Virus record (IMG/VR): IMGVR_UViG_3300043411_001639 | Coordinates: 1-64,000 of that record | Source of the DNA: a virus | Direction: 5' to 3' (one strand) | DNA: 64,000 bases | Shown: positions 43,384 through 53,050 of the stretch, in pieces | Numbering within the stretch: position 1 is the stretch's first letter | Layout of the letters: each line of letters opens with the position of its first letter | Program-made: the position numbers and the translations under genes | Notes under the pieces: generated by a model | Told to the model about the DNA's origin: nothing | What the model saw: only the letters and a program-made list of their open reading frames with translations | The model's database searches: none

Positions 43384-43800
43384 ATGATCACTCCTGCACA
43401 GCAAAAGCGTATTGATGAGAAGCTCGCGCGTCAGGAACGAATCCGTAAGGAAGAGGAGAATCAGAGAATCGCAAAAGAAAAGCGGATGTCTGAAGAAACT
43501 CAACGTCTTCAGGCAATCGTAAGGTTTACCGAAAAATGCAATGGTATGGGAGATTTCAAGTTCTCCCATCACAGCATTCAGCGCGTGATGGAATTTAATG
43601 ATTTTGGGAATGGTTACGGAGAGTTTTATTTTTCATGCGATGATAAACCTGTTGTTGGGTTTTCTGATATCAAGCGTATTTCTGAGTTCCTTGGAACTGA
43701 AAACATCAGCATCAAGACCAACTGCGTACTGATTTCTCTGGATGATGACGATTCTTATAAGAAGGTATATACCCTTTGTGTTGAAGTGGGCTGGATCTAA
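43384..43800 (+). CDS. family C protein (coiled-coil + alpha/beta domain)
   Basis: G.F.F.CD..P...F.D...IS..LGT..I.I; paralogues 47205 and 47942; start ATG 43384. Confidence 0.7.
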   Translation: MITPAQQKRIDEKLARQERIRKEEENQRIAKEKRMSEETQRLQAIVRFTEKCNGMGDFKFSHHSIQRVMEFNDFGNGYGEFYFSCDDKPVVGFSDIKRISEFLGTENISIKTNCVLISLDDDDSYKKVYTLCVEVGWI

Positions 43801-43808
43801 CAAACCAG

Positions 43809-43837
43809 TTGCAACGTGTCGGAGAGTCTGCTAGAGT
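43809..43837 (+). promoter_or_regulatory. phage early promoter
   Basis: TTGCAA-17-TAGAGT; drives a small ORF starting at 43893. Confidence 0.85.
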
Positions 43838-44059
43838 CAGGGTGTAGCAGGGCAGTGAGAGATAAGACACCAACCAACAAGAGGAAAACATCATGGAAAC
43901 CACCACCATCCGTTTCAAGTTCAAGCACCAGAACAACGTTCGTATCGTGGAAACCTCTTCTGTCAATGGTTTCAAGGGGTGTCTGGAACTCGCAATTGGT
44001 GAACTCGGCTGGAGCAATCCTTCAATCGTGTGGTTCGTGGAGAAGAACTAAAACCAGAG

Positions 44060-44088
44060 TTGCAACCCTTCGGCGAGTGTGCTAGAGT
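44060..44088 (+). promoter_or_regulatory. phage early promoter
   Basis: TTGCAA-17-TAGAGT; ATG 44127. Confidence 0.85.
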
Positions 44089-44405
44089 CTGAGTGTAGCA
44101 AGGCAACCAACCTGGAGACAAGAATCATGCAGGTAAACATCAAGCACGGTTACTGGACTTATCAGGGTTCTGTCAGTGATATTGGTGAAGTAACCAACGT
44201 CAAGGTGTTCAACGGTCGTGAACCTTATGTTTCTTCTGAAGAGGAGCTCACCGAAATTCAGGATCTTCTCTTCTCTGCTTCTAAGGGATCACGGTTTGCG
44301 GGAATGACCGTAACCCTGACCTAGAGAGGAAACAACACCATGAAGATGGCAACTGGTCCTCCCTGAACTAACAAGAACTCAAGGCTGATAGATATATAAA
44401 CACAA

Positions 44406-44490
44406 GCTGGGATGGTGGAACGGTAGACACCGGGGCCTTAAAAGCCCTTGCTCTGAAAAGAGCGTGCGAGTTCAAGTCTCGCTCTCAGCA
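44406..44490 (+). tRNA. tRNA-Leu(UAA)
   Basis: GCTGGGA/TCTCAGC, GGGGC-CTTAAAA-GCCCT, long variable arm, GCGAG-TTCAAGT-CTCGC; no encoded CCA. Confidence 0.93.
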
Positions 44491-44726
44491 CTATATTCAA
44501 AACCCGAACGAACAAGGAGAAAAACAATGAGTCATCCGCGCGAAAACGTCATGGTCGTCACAGTTCTGGTTTTCTGCAATCCCGCAGACAAGTCTCAAAC
44601 CTCCGAACACGCGGTTTACGGGGATAGAGCCTACGAACGGGTAAAGAAGGAAATGGCAGATCTGGGTTGGGAAATCAAGGAAGAATTCGGTCGCGCAGTA
44701 GAATTCCGGTAATAGTTTGATCATAT

Positions 44727-44798
44727 GCAGGGAACCCTCTGGTTGGGGGAGCGACTCTTATAAAGTCGTCATGGTGGGTTCAATTCCCACTCCCTGTA
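44727..44798 (+). tRNA. tRNA-Ile(UAU), atypical D arm
   Basis: GCAGGGA/TCCCTGT, CGACT-CTTATAA-AGTCG, GTGGG-TTCAATT-CCCAC; no encoded CCA. Confidence 0.85.
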
Positions 44799-44805
44799 CT
44801 AATAA

Positions 44806-44842
44806 ACCCTAAGTCGGTGGTTCAAATCCACCCTGGCGGACT
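44806..44842 (+). pseudogene. 3'-half tRNA remnant
   Basis: isolated T arm GGTGG-TTCAAAT-CCACC with no 5' half. Confidence 0.5.
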
Positions 44843-44858
44843 AAACAAAAGAATAGAG

Positions 44859-44887
44859 TTGCAACCTGTCTCGTGACCTGCTAGAGT
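44859..44887 (+). promoter_or_regulatory. phage early promoter
   Basis: TTGCAA-17-TAGAGT. Confidence 0.85.
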
Positions 44888-45109
44888 CTGAGTGTAGCAA
44901 GGGAGACAGACAAGATGACAAAAGAAAAGGAACTGGAAGTAGAGTGTACTTCATGTGGGTGTGAGCTTCTCATCACTCCAAGTCTTCAACCTGGAACTAC
45001 AAAGAAGGGACACTGTTGGTTTTTTGGTGAATATGACCCTGTTCTGATTCCTCTCGGTTCATATCTCTGTGACTTCTGCGAAGATCACTTTCATAGAGAT
45101 TAGATAGAC

Positions 45110-45243
45110 TTGTGACAGTGCGGACCCAATGATCTTGGATAAGACGCTCCTTAACCGGAAGTTTCTTTAGGTGATCTAGCATCATCCCTCAACTAAGTCA
45201 AACTAGCTGCGACTGAGGTTGAGTGTTAAGAAACATGTCACAA
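45110..45243 (+). ncRNA. putative multi-stem ncRNA
   Basis: nested TTGTGACA/TGTCACAA, GTTTCTT/AAGAAAC, CTCAAC/GTTGAG, AGTC/GACT. Confidence 0.5.
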
Positions 45244-45247
45244 AACC

Positions 45248-45314
45248 TCAATGGCGAGAGGGATACTTAAAAGTTGTGTGGTTTTAGCCCATCTAACCCA
45301 CCAACTGCCATTGA
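45248..45314 (+). ncRNA. putative bulged-stem ncRNA directly 5' of tRNA-Arg
   Basis: TCAATGGC/GCCATTGA, 16-nt one-sided bulge, AGTTG/CAACT. Confidence 0.5.
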
Positions 45315-45319
45315 ACAAT

Positions 45320-45393
45320 GCTCCCGTAGCCTAGTGGATTCAGGCGCCTGTCTTCTAAACAGGTCTACGTAGGTTCAATTCCTACCGGGAGTG
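45320..45393 (+). tRNA. tRNA-Arg(UCU)
   Basis: GCTCCCG/CGGGAGT, CCTGT-CTTCTAA-ACAGG, GTAGG-TTCAATT-CCTAC. Confidence 0.93.
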
Positions 45394-45431
45394 CTAACTG
45401 CTAATCCTCATAAACAACAGGAGTCTGTTCA

Positions 45432-45893
45432 ATGAATTACGCCCACGCTGTTCTGTCAATGGATCAATTCATGGCAACTGAGAACTTCCTTTCTCTCCCT
45501 GCTGAGAAGCGGATGAAGATTCTCCAGAAGCGTAATGTCTATCAGGTAAAGGCTGAAAAGGTTGCTTTCCTTCATGCTCAGGAAAAGGCACGATATGAAG
45601 CAAACAAGATCAGAGCTCTGAACATCGTAAACATCCTCAAGATGAGGGAAGGTCTTCAGGATAAACTTCGGGCTACACTTAACAAGTGTGTTCGGGTAAA
45701 CTTCTGGAACTCACCCGAAGACGCAGAACAGAACGGTCATTCTGGGGTTGTTGAGATTGACGCTCCAATGTTGTTTAAGAGTGATTTCACTACCCTGAAT
45801 GATGTCTTTGAAGATTATGATTTTGTTACTGCGGGGAATGATAGTTTTGTTGTTGAGTTCAAGAACAGTCAGATCTTTGATTGGGAGCTGTGA
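45432..45893 (+). CDS. hypothetical protein (N-terminus like family C)
   Basis: AGGAG RBS; F..TE.F..LP helix shared with 47205 and 47942. Confidence 0.7.
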   Translation: MNYAHAVLSMDQFMATENFLSLPAEKRMKILQKRNVYQVKAEKVAFLHAQEKARYEANKIRALNIVNILKMREGLQDKLRATLNKCVRVNFWNSPEDAEQNGHSGVVEIDAPMLFKSDFTTLNDVFEDYDFVTAGNDSFVVEFKNSQIFDWEL

Positions 45894-46916
45894 AACATGA
45901 AACCCACTACCTGTTATCCCGACTATGGTTGTTTCTGCACTGGATTGTGTGATTCAGCAGAAACCCTAACTCCTGATTGCCTTGACTGTCAAGGAGAAAA
46001 GAAAATCAACAATACTTGGTGTCGTAGTTGTGATGCAGCAGGTTATTATTGGATAGAACAATGGTTCCCCTGTGGAACAAACAACAAACAGTGCAATGAT
46101 TAATAATAACAAGATTAGCTACTTTAAACAACTTGACGCATTCAGTCCGTTTACTAGTGAAGACAATGTTCCATTACTTTCTCTAGAAGAAAGAATTTTT
46201 CTTGATAAAAAACACTATCAAGTGGTTGATATCAATGAGTATGATGATTGTGTGATCTATACTGTAAAGCTCATTAAATGTACTGGAAAACCATGACCAA
46301 ACAAGAATATATCTATGTGCTCGTAGTGTTGTTTCTAACACTGGTTACTTGTGTAACAGTTAGTATTACTGGAGTTGATGGTCTTCCAGTTCAAGTTCTA
46401 ACTGTTCTTGTTTTTATAGCTCTGTTCAATGGTCAATACCTGATTAGTTTGGTTTTGAAGTATCTAAAACTATGGAAACATACGACCCAAGAGAACGTGC
46501 TAGAGAAAAACAAAGATCAAGAGATCAAGACGCTGAAGATCTAAGAACTGGAAAGAAAACTAGAGAACAGCTAACCAAAGAAAACTCACCGTTCTCAGGT
46601 TTAGTTCTAAAGGTTGATTTCACTAAAACAGGACTACCAGGATATAGGAAAACAAAATGATCAAAGATCTTCTCCCAGGTTATTCATTTCCAAGAATGTC
46701 TTGTTACAAGTTTGTTGAGGAAAACGCAAAACAAGGTTCAATCATTTTCACCTGTTTTAATGAAACAGGTAGAGTTGAGATTAGTTTATCAGACCTAAAA
46801 CGTCTAGCGGAACATATCAACGCTGAACATCTTGCTGTTTCAAGAATTCACCTTGAAGACAACTACCATGGTGAATGGCAGATTGTAGTTAAATACCGTC
46901 TTTACTAACAAACCTG

Positions 46917-46945
46917 TTGCAACCTACTCCGCAACCTGTTAGTGT
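46917..46945 (+). promoter_or_regulatory. phage early promoter
   Basis: TTGCAA-17-TAGTGT; ATG 46975. Confidence 0.85.
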
Positions 46946-47204
46946 CGGGTTGTCAGTCAACCAGGAGTTATTCAATGACAAACAGAAACTCTGATAAGTC
47001 CTCTGAAACCGCAAGTCTGATCAAAAACATTCTTCAGGCGTTTAAAGATCAGGGTCTTGACGAGGGTACTTTGGGGAATTTTGAGGTGTTTCTGGAGTAT
47101 TCAAATCTGGAAGATCCCAGCATTCCTCCCACTGGTCTTTCTATGACCATGATGGGAAAGTATATTCAGGGAAGTCTGTTTGCTCTCAATCTCGTTCAAA
47201 ACTG

Positions 47205-47705
47205 GTGGTAATCATGGCTCAATCTCTGAAAGAACTTCTGGCATTCTCTGAAACTGCGGAGTACCTCACCCTTCCCAACAAGAACCAAGGTGCTATTCTT
47301 TCAAAGATCACACGTCTTCAAACACAAGAAGCTCATAATCTGCGTGAACAAGAAAAAGAGAAGGCAAGGATTCTTCGCCAAAAAGCAGAAGATGATGTTT
47401 TTAATGCTCTGAGAACCAAGAGCATTCAAGAAATCTCTTCTGTGATGAAAGGATTTATTCCGATCTATTCCTTCCATAATCCCGTTCCGTTTACTGTTAA
47501 TTTTCTTAGAGGTAACAACGGAAACGTTACATTTAACTGTGATAGCGAGCCTCATTTCTCATACAAAGATCTTCGGGAACTTTCAAAGAGACTCGGGACT
47601 GATACCATTACCTTCTCTAGTAAAAAACACACCACCAGATATGATCTGGACTATGACAACAACTGGACGTTTACTATCTGTTTCCCTTGGAACAAGGGAG
47701 TGTAA
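47205..47705 (+). CDS. family C protein
   Basis: GNVTFNCDSEPHFSYKDLRELSKRLGTDTI. Confidence 0.7.
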   Translation: MVIMAQSLKELLAFSETAEYLTLPNKNQGAILSKITRLQTQEAHNLREQEKEKARILRQKAEDDVFNALRTKSIQEISSVMKGFIPIYSFHNPVPFTVNFLRGNNGNVTFNCDSEPHFSYKDLRELSKRLGTDTITFSSKKHTTRYDLDYDNNWTFTICFPWNKGV

Positions 47706-47941
47706 AATAACTAAACATGGCTAAAATAGTACAAGAAGAAAGAAACCCTGTTATCCGTTGTTGTCAAGCTGTTGGACATAGAGTTAGAGGTTGTTTCTGT
47801 TTGTTTGAAGTTGAACCAGGAGATATTAAAACATCAACTGATAGTGATGGAGACACAACCCATTATTGTTATTGTCCAAACTGCAAAACAACTCTGTATC
47901 CAGCTTGGCAACTTCCAAACATCGGTTAAACCAAAGAAACA

Positions 47942-48514
47942 ATGATCATGGCTAACGAAGCTTTTCTGATCAAAAGAATCTCAGAACTTGAAGAGTTTAC
48001 ACAGACTACTAAGTTTAAGGATAATCCTCAAGAGTTCAAAGATAAAATCTTTGGTGCTCTAGAAACAATGAAACAGAAACTGATTAAAGAAAAAGCTCTA
48101 GCTCCCGTACGTGCTCTCCGCCGTGCTGAACAGGAGAGGATTGATAAAATCCGTTCTGAACAGTTAGAAAAACAAGACAAAGAGCGTCAACAGCTTGAAC
48201 TGTCATACAAAGCTAATTTGATCAATGTAAAAAAAGACGTTGAACGTCGTATGGAAGGATTCACATTCCAAGGGATGGAATCCATGAAAATCGTACCAGA
48301 AAGCTACACAACACAGTATGTCGGGAATATTGTGTTTAACTGTTATTCTGAACCTGATTTTAACTTTGAAGTTCTTAGTGAGATTTCTAAGAGACTTGAA
48401 ACCCGCAAACTGAACATCAACAACTCTTTTGTTTCAAACCCTGGTTGTGATAGTTGCCATCATGGACGTGAATGGGAATTCTCTGTTTCATTTAGCTGTG
48501 AACATCAACTATGA
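47942..48514 (+). CDS. family C protein
   Basis: GNIVFNCYSEPDFNFEVLSEISKRLETRKL. Confidence 0.7.
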   Translation: MIMANEAFLIKRISELEEFTQTTKFKDNPQEFKDKIFGALETMKQKLIKEKALAPVRALRRAEQERIDKIRSEQLEKQDKERQQLELSYKANLINVKKDVERRMEGFTFQGMESMKIVPESYTTQYVGNIVFNCYSEPDFNFEVLSEISKRLETRKLNINNSFVSNPGCDSCHHGREWEFSVSFSCEHQL

Positions 48515-48772
48515 AACTAACTCTAAAAGAAATAACAGATCAGTGTTATGTTGAAACTACTAGGATTTTTAGAGTTCAGTGGTTAAAAGATTCAGCTCTT
48601 GATCTTAAAGAAGTTGTTGATTTTGCTAAGAATATAGCAATTCCAAAACAGTTTAAACTAGAAAACTGGACTGATTGTACATTTGTTCGTGGGGCCGATT
48701 CTCAAGATATTGAAGTGTTTTATATAACTTATACTTTTAAATGAACAACTCAGTTGTTTCAGACAATTTCTG

Positions 48773-48801
48773 TTGCAACCACTGCCCGAACCTGCTAAGG
48801 T
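48773..48801 (+). promoter_or_regulatory. phage early promoter (leaderless)
   Basis: TTGCAA-17-TAAGGT; ATG 48808; TTGT-TTCAG-ACAA at 48754. Confidence 0.85.
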
Positions 48802-50302
48802 AGGACTATGAAGCTGACCAAGACTGAATCGGCAATCATCATGGCACTGAAAGGTATGCTAGAACCTTTCGTGGGAAAGTCAGGTGTGCTTTACTATCTC
48901 CGACAGATCGTTTGTTGTGTGGAAAACAACGATCGTCATGGGATGAAGTGCAGTGTTGGATACTTGTCCAACATAGACGATGAACGTAAAAATCCCGCAA
49001 ACAACTGGAAGGAAGACTATGAAGCCTGATCCAAACAAATATCTCGGTCCTGTTGTTGACTTTCAGGTCAACACCAAAAAACAACTTTCCAACACTGAAA
49101 AGATGGTTCTCAGTGCTGCTATTGGGGCATTGACAGGTGCTCGTTACTATGCGGGTGAATCCCGTGTTCTTTCTTTCACTCAAGAGCTTCTCTGTAACAT
49201 TCGTGACTCCGATGTTGAAGGTGCAAAGCATCACTTCAACAAACTGATTTCTCTTCTCTAGAAGGAATCAAGCCATGATCGTAGAACACGGCAAAGAAAA
49301 CGGTTATCCTCAGATCACTGTTTTCAAGTATGATGTGGACGGGAACAAAGTTCCTGTTCTTACGGTCTATGAATTCGGAAACGGGATGAGGTTCAATCAT
49401 TCTGGAGGAACTGGTAACAACTTCTATCATCCTCGTTCTGTTTGGCCCTGTGATTGGGCGCATCTTTTCCGTTGCCGCTATCCCGGTTGTGAAGTTGAAA
49501 CAAAGGAATAAATAATGCTCGTACCTACTCCTGAAATGCTTAAACAAGCTCTGGAAATCATCAACAAGTTTTCGCCAATTCCAGAGGGCGATGTTGTTAA
49601 CAACCTTCCTGAAGGAAAGATTAACTTCAGCAACGGTGGTCGTTTGCTTTATAGTAACGCTCACGGTTTCAGGTTTGATTTTGTTCCTTTTGATCTGGTA
49701 GAAGGCAAAGGTTTCGTTCGTTATTTTCCAGATGAACAAACTAACTTCTACTGTGATGTTGTTTATATGATCAACAACAGGTTTCTCAACAAACAACTCT
49801 CCTGGTAATAAAACAATGACTGAACCTAAAACTCTTCAAGAAGTTGAACAAGAACTAGCAGAGATCTATGAAAGAACGTTCGGGATTTACAGGGATCTGA
49901 TGAAACACTCAGAAACTAAACTCCCTGACGCTAAACCTTTCATCGCAATGCGTCAAGCTATCTCTGCAATTCAAATGGAAACAATCAGACTCAGGAACGG
50001 GAAGTAGAAACAATGGTGGTTAACCGCACACAAGAACTTACTGATTACTTGGATCAACACGTAGTTGAGATGGTTTATCCGCCTGGATTCAAGTCAAGAG
50101 GTAGGATCTTCATTATGGCTTATAATGAGTGTTTCCCTGATGTTTCAAGATCTTGGCTAGAAACTTATATCAGGGCCACTTATCTTCCTGAGAAATATGG
50201 AATCAACGAAGAGAAAGTTGATACAATCTATGGATCTATGACAGCAACAGAAGTTGTAACTTGGTTCAAAGTTTACTGAAAACACAAGAAAGATAAAACA
50301 TC

Positions 50303-50680
50303 ATGTACGGGATTAAGAACAACAACGGTAAAACCATTCGTGGTATGTGGACAAATCTTTTGGATGCACGCGCCAGGGCTTGTCAACTTAGCCATTTAGA
50401 CAACTATATCTGGAAAGTAGTTAGTGGGGATCAAGTTCTGTGTTTGTTCCAGAATGGAAAAGAGATTATCCAAGATCTGTCTAAAGAAGAACGTGAACTA
50501 GCAACTGCTATTCATGGAAAACTCTGCCGCTACAACCATGAAGATCAGTGTGATTGGTTTTATGGTGATAGATGGGATCAAGAGTTTACTGCAAAACATG
50601 AGTATCTAAAGAAAGCTCGTGCTATGCTTGATAACGGTATTGAGCTTAATCAAGCAATGAAAGTTATCACCAACCTGTAA
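50303..50680 (+). CDS. hypothetical protein
   Basis: 125 aa; N-terminal domain paralogous to the ORF ending at 51084. Confidence 0.65.
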   Translation: MYGIKNNNGKTIRGMWTNLLDARARACQLSHLDNYIWKVVSGDQVLCLFQNGKEIIQDLSKEERELATAIHGKLCRYNHEDQCDWFYGDRWDQEFTAKHEYLKKARAMLDNGIELNQAMKVITNL

Positions 50681-51115
50681 CAACATCATGACAACTATAT
50701 CTCAGTTAAATCAAATCAGAAAACAACTTGACATTACTTGGGGAGATATCTCAAACAGTTTTAGGATATTAACCAACAGAACAGACCTGAATGAAATCTT
50801 TGTTGAGAATGTTTGTAGAAGGGTTGAAGATCCAATGAACTTTGAAGTAACTTGGAAACAATTCCTTAAAACAATGATCCATGCCTCTGAAAACAACTGG
50901 AGAAAATAAAACAATGTTCAAGATTGTAAACAGTGAAGGCGAAACCCTCAAAGGTCGTTGGAAATACTTGCTCAAAGCAAAAGAAAGAGCACTAAAAGAA
51001 AGTAACGAACACGGTTTTATTGTATTCGCAGTGATGGAACATGACACGGTAATTTATCGTTTTTGTTGCGGCAAACGAATCTAATAGTTCCAGTTTTCTT
51101 AACTTAGTCTCATAT

Positions 51116-51189
51116 CTCGTCATCTCCTAACTGGATAAGGAAGCAGTCTTCTAAACTGCGATATGGGGGTTCAAATCCCTCTGACGAGG
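51116..51189 (+). tRNA. tRNA-Arg(UCU)
   Basis: CTCGTCA/TGACGAG, GCAGT-CTTCTAA-ACTGC, GGGGG-TTCAAAT-CCCTC. Confidence 0.92.
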
Positions 51190-51209
51190 CTCAAGGAACA
51201 AATAATAAA

Positions 51210-51545
51210 ATGAGTAAACCATTGGTCTTTGTTGAATACTACATGGAGTTTGGTGATGGTGATGCTACAACAACAGGCTTTGTTGTTCTTCTAAAAACTA
51301 CCTGGGAGGAACAGAAACAGAAGTTCAACCAATATCTTGAAGACAAAGGTATTGAGTCTGTAACTGTTGAACATGATAACATGGAAGAAGAAGTAAACCT
51401 TGAGATGTATGAAGAGAAACCTTGTTCTCAAAAAGAACTTGAGACTCTAACCAAGTTCTTTGGTGACTGTCCTGAATATCGTAAACAAGAAGGTTATCTC
51501 TATTATCATGGACAGTTTCAACCACTAGAAGAACTGATGTCCTAA
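51210..51545 (+). CDS. hypothetical acidic protein
   Basis: 111 aa ORF. Confidence 0.65.
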   Translation: MSKPLVFVEYYMEFGDGDATTTGFVVLLKTTWEEQKQKFNQYLEDKGIESVTVEHDNMEEEVNLEMYEEKPCSQKELETLTKFFGDCPEYRKQEGYLYYHGQFQPLEELMS

Positions 51546-51755
51546 TGACAAAACAAGAAATTGAACAACAACTCAATAGAATCTATGAAGAAACAAAGAA
51601 TCTTAACTGGAGCTTAAAAGCATTAAACATAGATTCCAGCGAAGAACTTCACAAGATAAGAAACAATATTACTATCATTAAGTTCCAACTTGGAAAACAC
51701 AACTAATCCTGGTTATTAAACTACCGGAACAAACTCCACCTACTCTATCCAGCTA

Positions 51756-51929
51756 AAAGTCATGCCAAATCTACTATAGACTAGGGAGGGTTAAAGTCAT
51801 GCCAAACTACCCATATCCCCTACCCAAAAGTCATGCCAAACCAGAGTTGTTAGAAACCACCAGAAGTCATACCACGCACACCCGCACGAGACACAACAAC
51901 TGTTTTAGATAAACTCATGACATGCCAAA
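51756..51929 (-). repeat. array of 14-bp direct repeats carrying a sigma54 -24-like element
   Basis: AAAGTCATGCCAAA at 51756, 51793, 51827; degenerate copies at 51863 and 51916; minus strand reads TTTGGCATG. Confidence 0.85.
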
Positions 51930-52012
51930 CAAACCTTACCAGCGCCTCTACACTGCCCGCGGATATTCAAACCAACCATTTCCATCAACTGAATATAAAT
52001 CCAGCAAACCAG

Positions 52013-52041
52013 TTGCAACCACTGCCCGAACCTGCTAGAGT
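52013..52041 (+). promoter_or_regulatory. phage early promoter
   Basis: TTGCAA-17-TAGAGT; spacer identical to that of 48773. Confidence 0.85.
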
Positions 52042-52070
52042 AGGATCATCAAACGGGAAAGGAACTGACG

Positions 52071-52322
52071 ATGAGTGTCCTGAGAATCAAAGGTGTCAAG
52101 TTCGTAAACCGTCAACACCTGAAAGATCAGAAACAGATCCTCCTTCCCAATGAATACTATGAGAAACTGATCGGTGTTATCAACACACCAACCAAAGTAA
52201 CTCTGGCTTTCAAGTGTGGAAGACGCTGGAAGATGTACAGAGGATTCATCTACTCACAGACAGAAAGTAACTTCCGTTCAGAGTCTCAAACTCGCTGGTC
52301 TTGGCTCACTGTTGAAAAGTAA
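52071..52322 (+). CDS. hypothetical basic protein
   Basis: ATG after promoter and AAGGA RBS. Confidence 0.65.
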   Translation: MSVLRIKGVKFVNRQHLKDQKQILLPNEYYEKLIGVINTPTKVTLAFKCGRRWKMYRGFIYSQTESNFRSESQTRWSWLTVEK

Positions 52323-52549
52323 CATCAACTGACTCTCTCATAAAAGAAAAACAAAACAATGCATAACAAACTTGACCCCCGTGATCCCCGTTTCATTGAG
52401 TTTTACCTTTCTGGAGGAGATGTTCCGAAAGAGGTAAACGACAAAAACCCCAGTACTTCTCTTAGTTCAGAGGAGTCTGAGGTGCTTCTTAACCAGGGTT
52501 TCTATAAGCCTGTTGCTACAAAAGAAGGCGTTGGATTCAAGAACAACTG

Positions 52550-52729
52550 ATTGACACTCATAGTCTGAACAGTTAGGTGAACCCTTCAACAACCCAACGG
52601 AGCGTTTTCCTAACTGTTCAGGCAATGAACTACTGTCCGCGCTTCATTCATAGAGCGCCCGTCGTTGATTGCCTGAAACCCTCTCAAACCGGAATAACCT
52701 GGAATCTTTGGAAAACCCTAGAGGCAAAA
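52550..52729 (-). ncRNA. putative antisense-oriented structured RNA
   Basis: downstream of the only minus-strand promoter; hairpins CTGAACAGTTAGG/CCTAACTGTTCAG (52565-52621) and TTCAGGCAAT/ATTGCCTGAA (52617-52677). Confidence 0.55.
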
Positions 52730-52735
52730 CAGTTG

Positions 52736-52764
52736 ACACTAGCAGCTCTCACAGAGGGTTGCAA
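52736..52764 (-). promoter_or_regulatory. phage early promoter, minus strand
   Basis: reverse complement reads TTGCAA-CCCTCTGTGAGAGCTGC-TAGTGT. Confidence 0.85.
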
Positions 52765-52780
52765 CAGAGAAGTTTCATCT

Positions 52781-52796
52781 AGCAACCTCCGTGCCA
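52781..52796 (-). promoter_or_regulatory. sigma54 (RpoN) -24/-12 box
   Basis: minus strand TGGCACGGAGGTTGCT, perfect TGGCACG-N4-TTGC. Confidence 0.75.
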
Positions 52797-52802
52797 AAAC
52801 TG

Positions 52803-52821
52803 AGATTAGCTGAACTAATCT
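52803..52821. promoter_or_regulatory. palindrome with CTGAA core (type A) at the divergence centre
   Basis: AGATTAG-CTGAA-CTAATCT. Confidence 0.7.
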
Positions 52822-52826
52822 AGCTG

Positions 52827-52855
52827 TTGCAACCTCTCTTGGAACCTGCTAGTGT
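52827..52855 (+). promoter_or_regulatory. phage early promoter
   Basis: TTGCAA-17-TAGTGT. Confidence 0.85.
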
Positions 52856-52906
52856 CGGGTTGTCAGGTGAGGGATAGCAGGGCAGAACGAACGAAGGAAA
52901 AAAACC

Positions 52907-53050
52907 ATGATGGAACTCTCGCTCAACTTCTCCGTTTCTCTGGAAACCATCACGGGCTTCACGCCGGTTTTCGTGAGCATCATGGCCGCGTGTTTCGTCA
53001 TGGGAGCGTCTCTCCGGTTCCTGGTGTGCAAGGTCCGCGCCAACTTCTAG
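52907..53050 (+). CDS. small membrane peptide (47 aa)
   Basis: MMELSLNFSVSLETITGFTPVFVSIMAACFVMGASLRFLVCKVRANF; own promoter, AAGGA RBS; not in ORF track. Confidence 0.6.
   Translation: MMELSLNFSVSLETITGFTPVFVSIMAACFVMGASLRFLVCKVRANF

Noticed and set aside
1439-51576. Numerous short minus-strand ORFs in the early region
   Set aside because: They are antisense to well-supported plus-strand genes and lack promoters or motifs. Only 39055..39705 occupies its own gap.
51756-51929. CRISPR or TIGR array
   Set aside because: The repeat is only 14 bp and non-palindromic, with three exact copies and irregular period. There is no second alternating repeat, and no cas or Nop-domain gene is recognisable in the window.
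52565-52677. Retron msr/msd or DGR element
   Set aside because: No reverse transcriptase or template/variable repeat pair is visible in the window.
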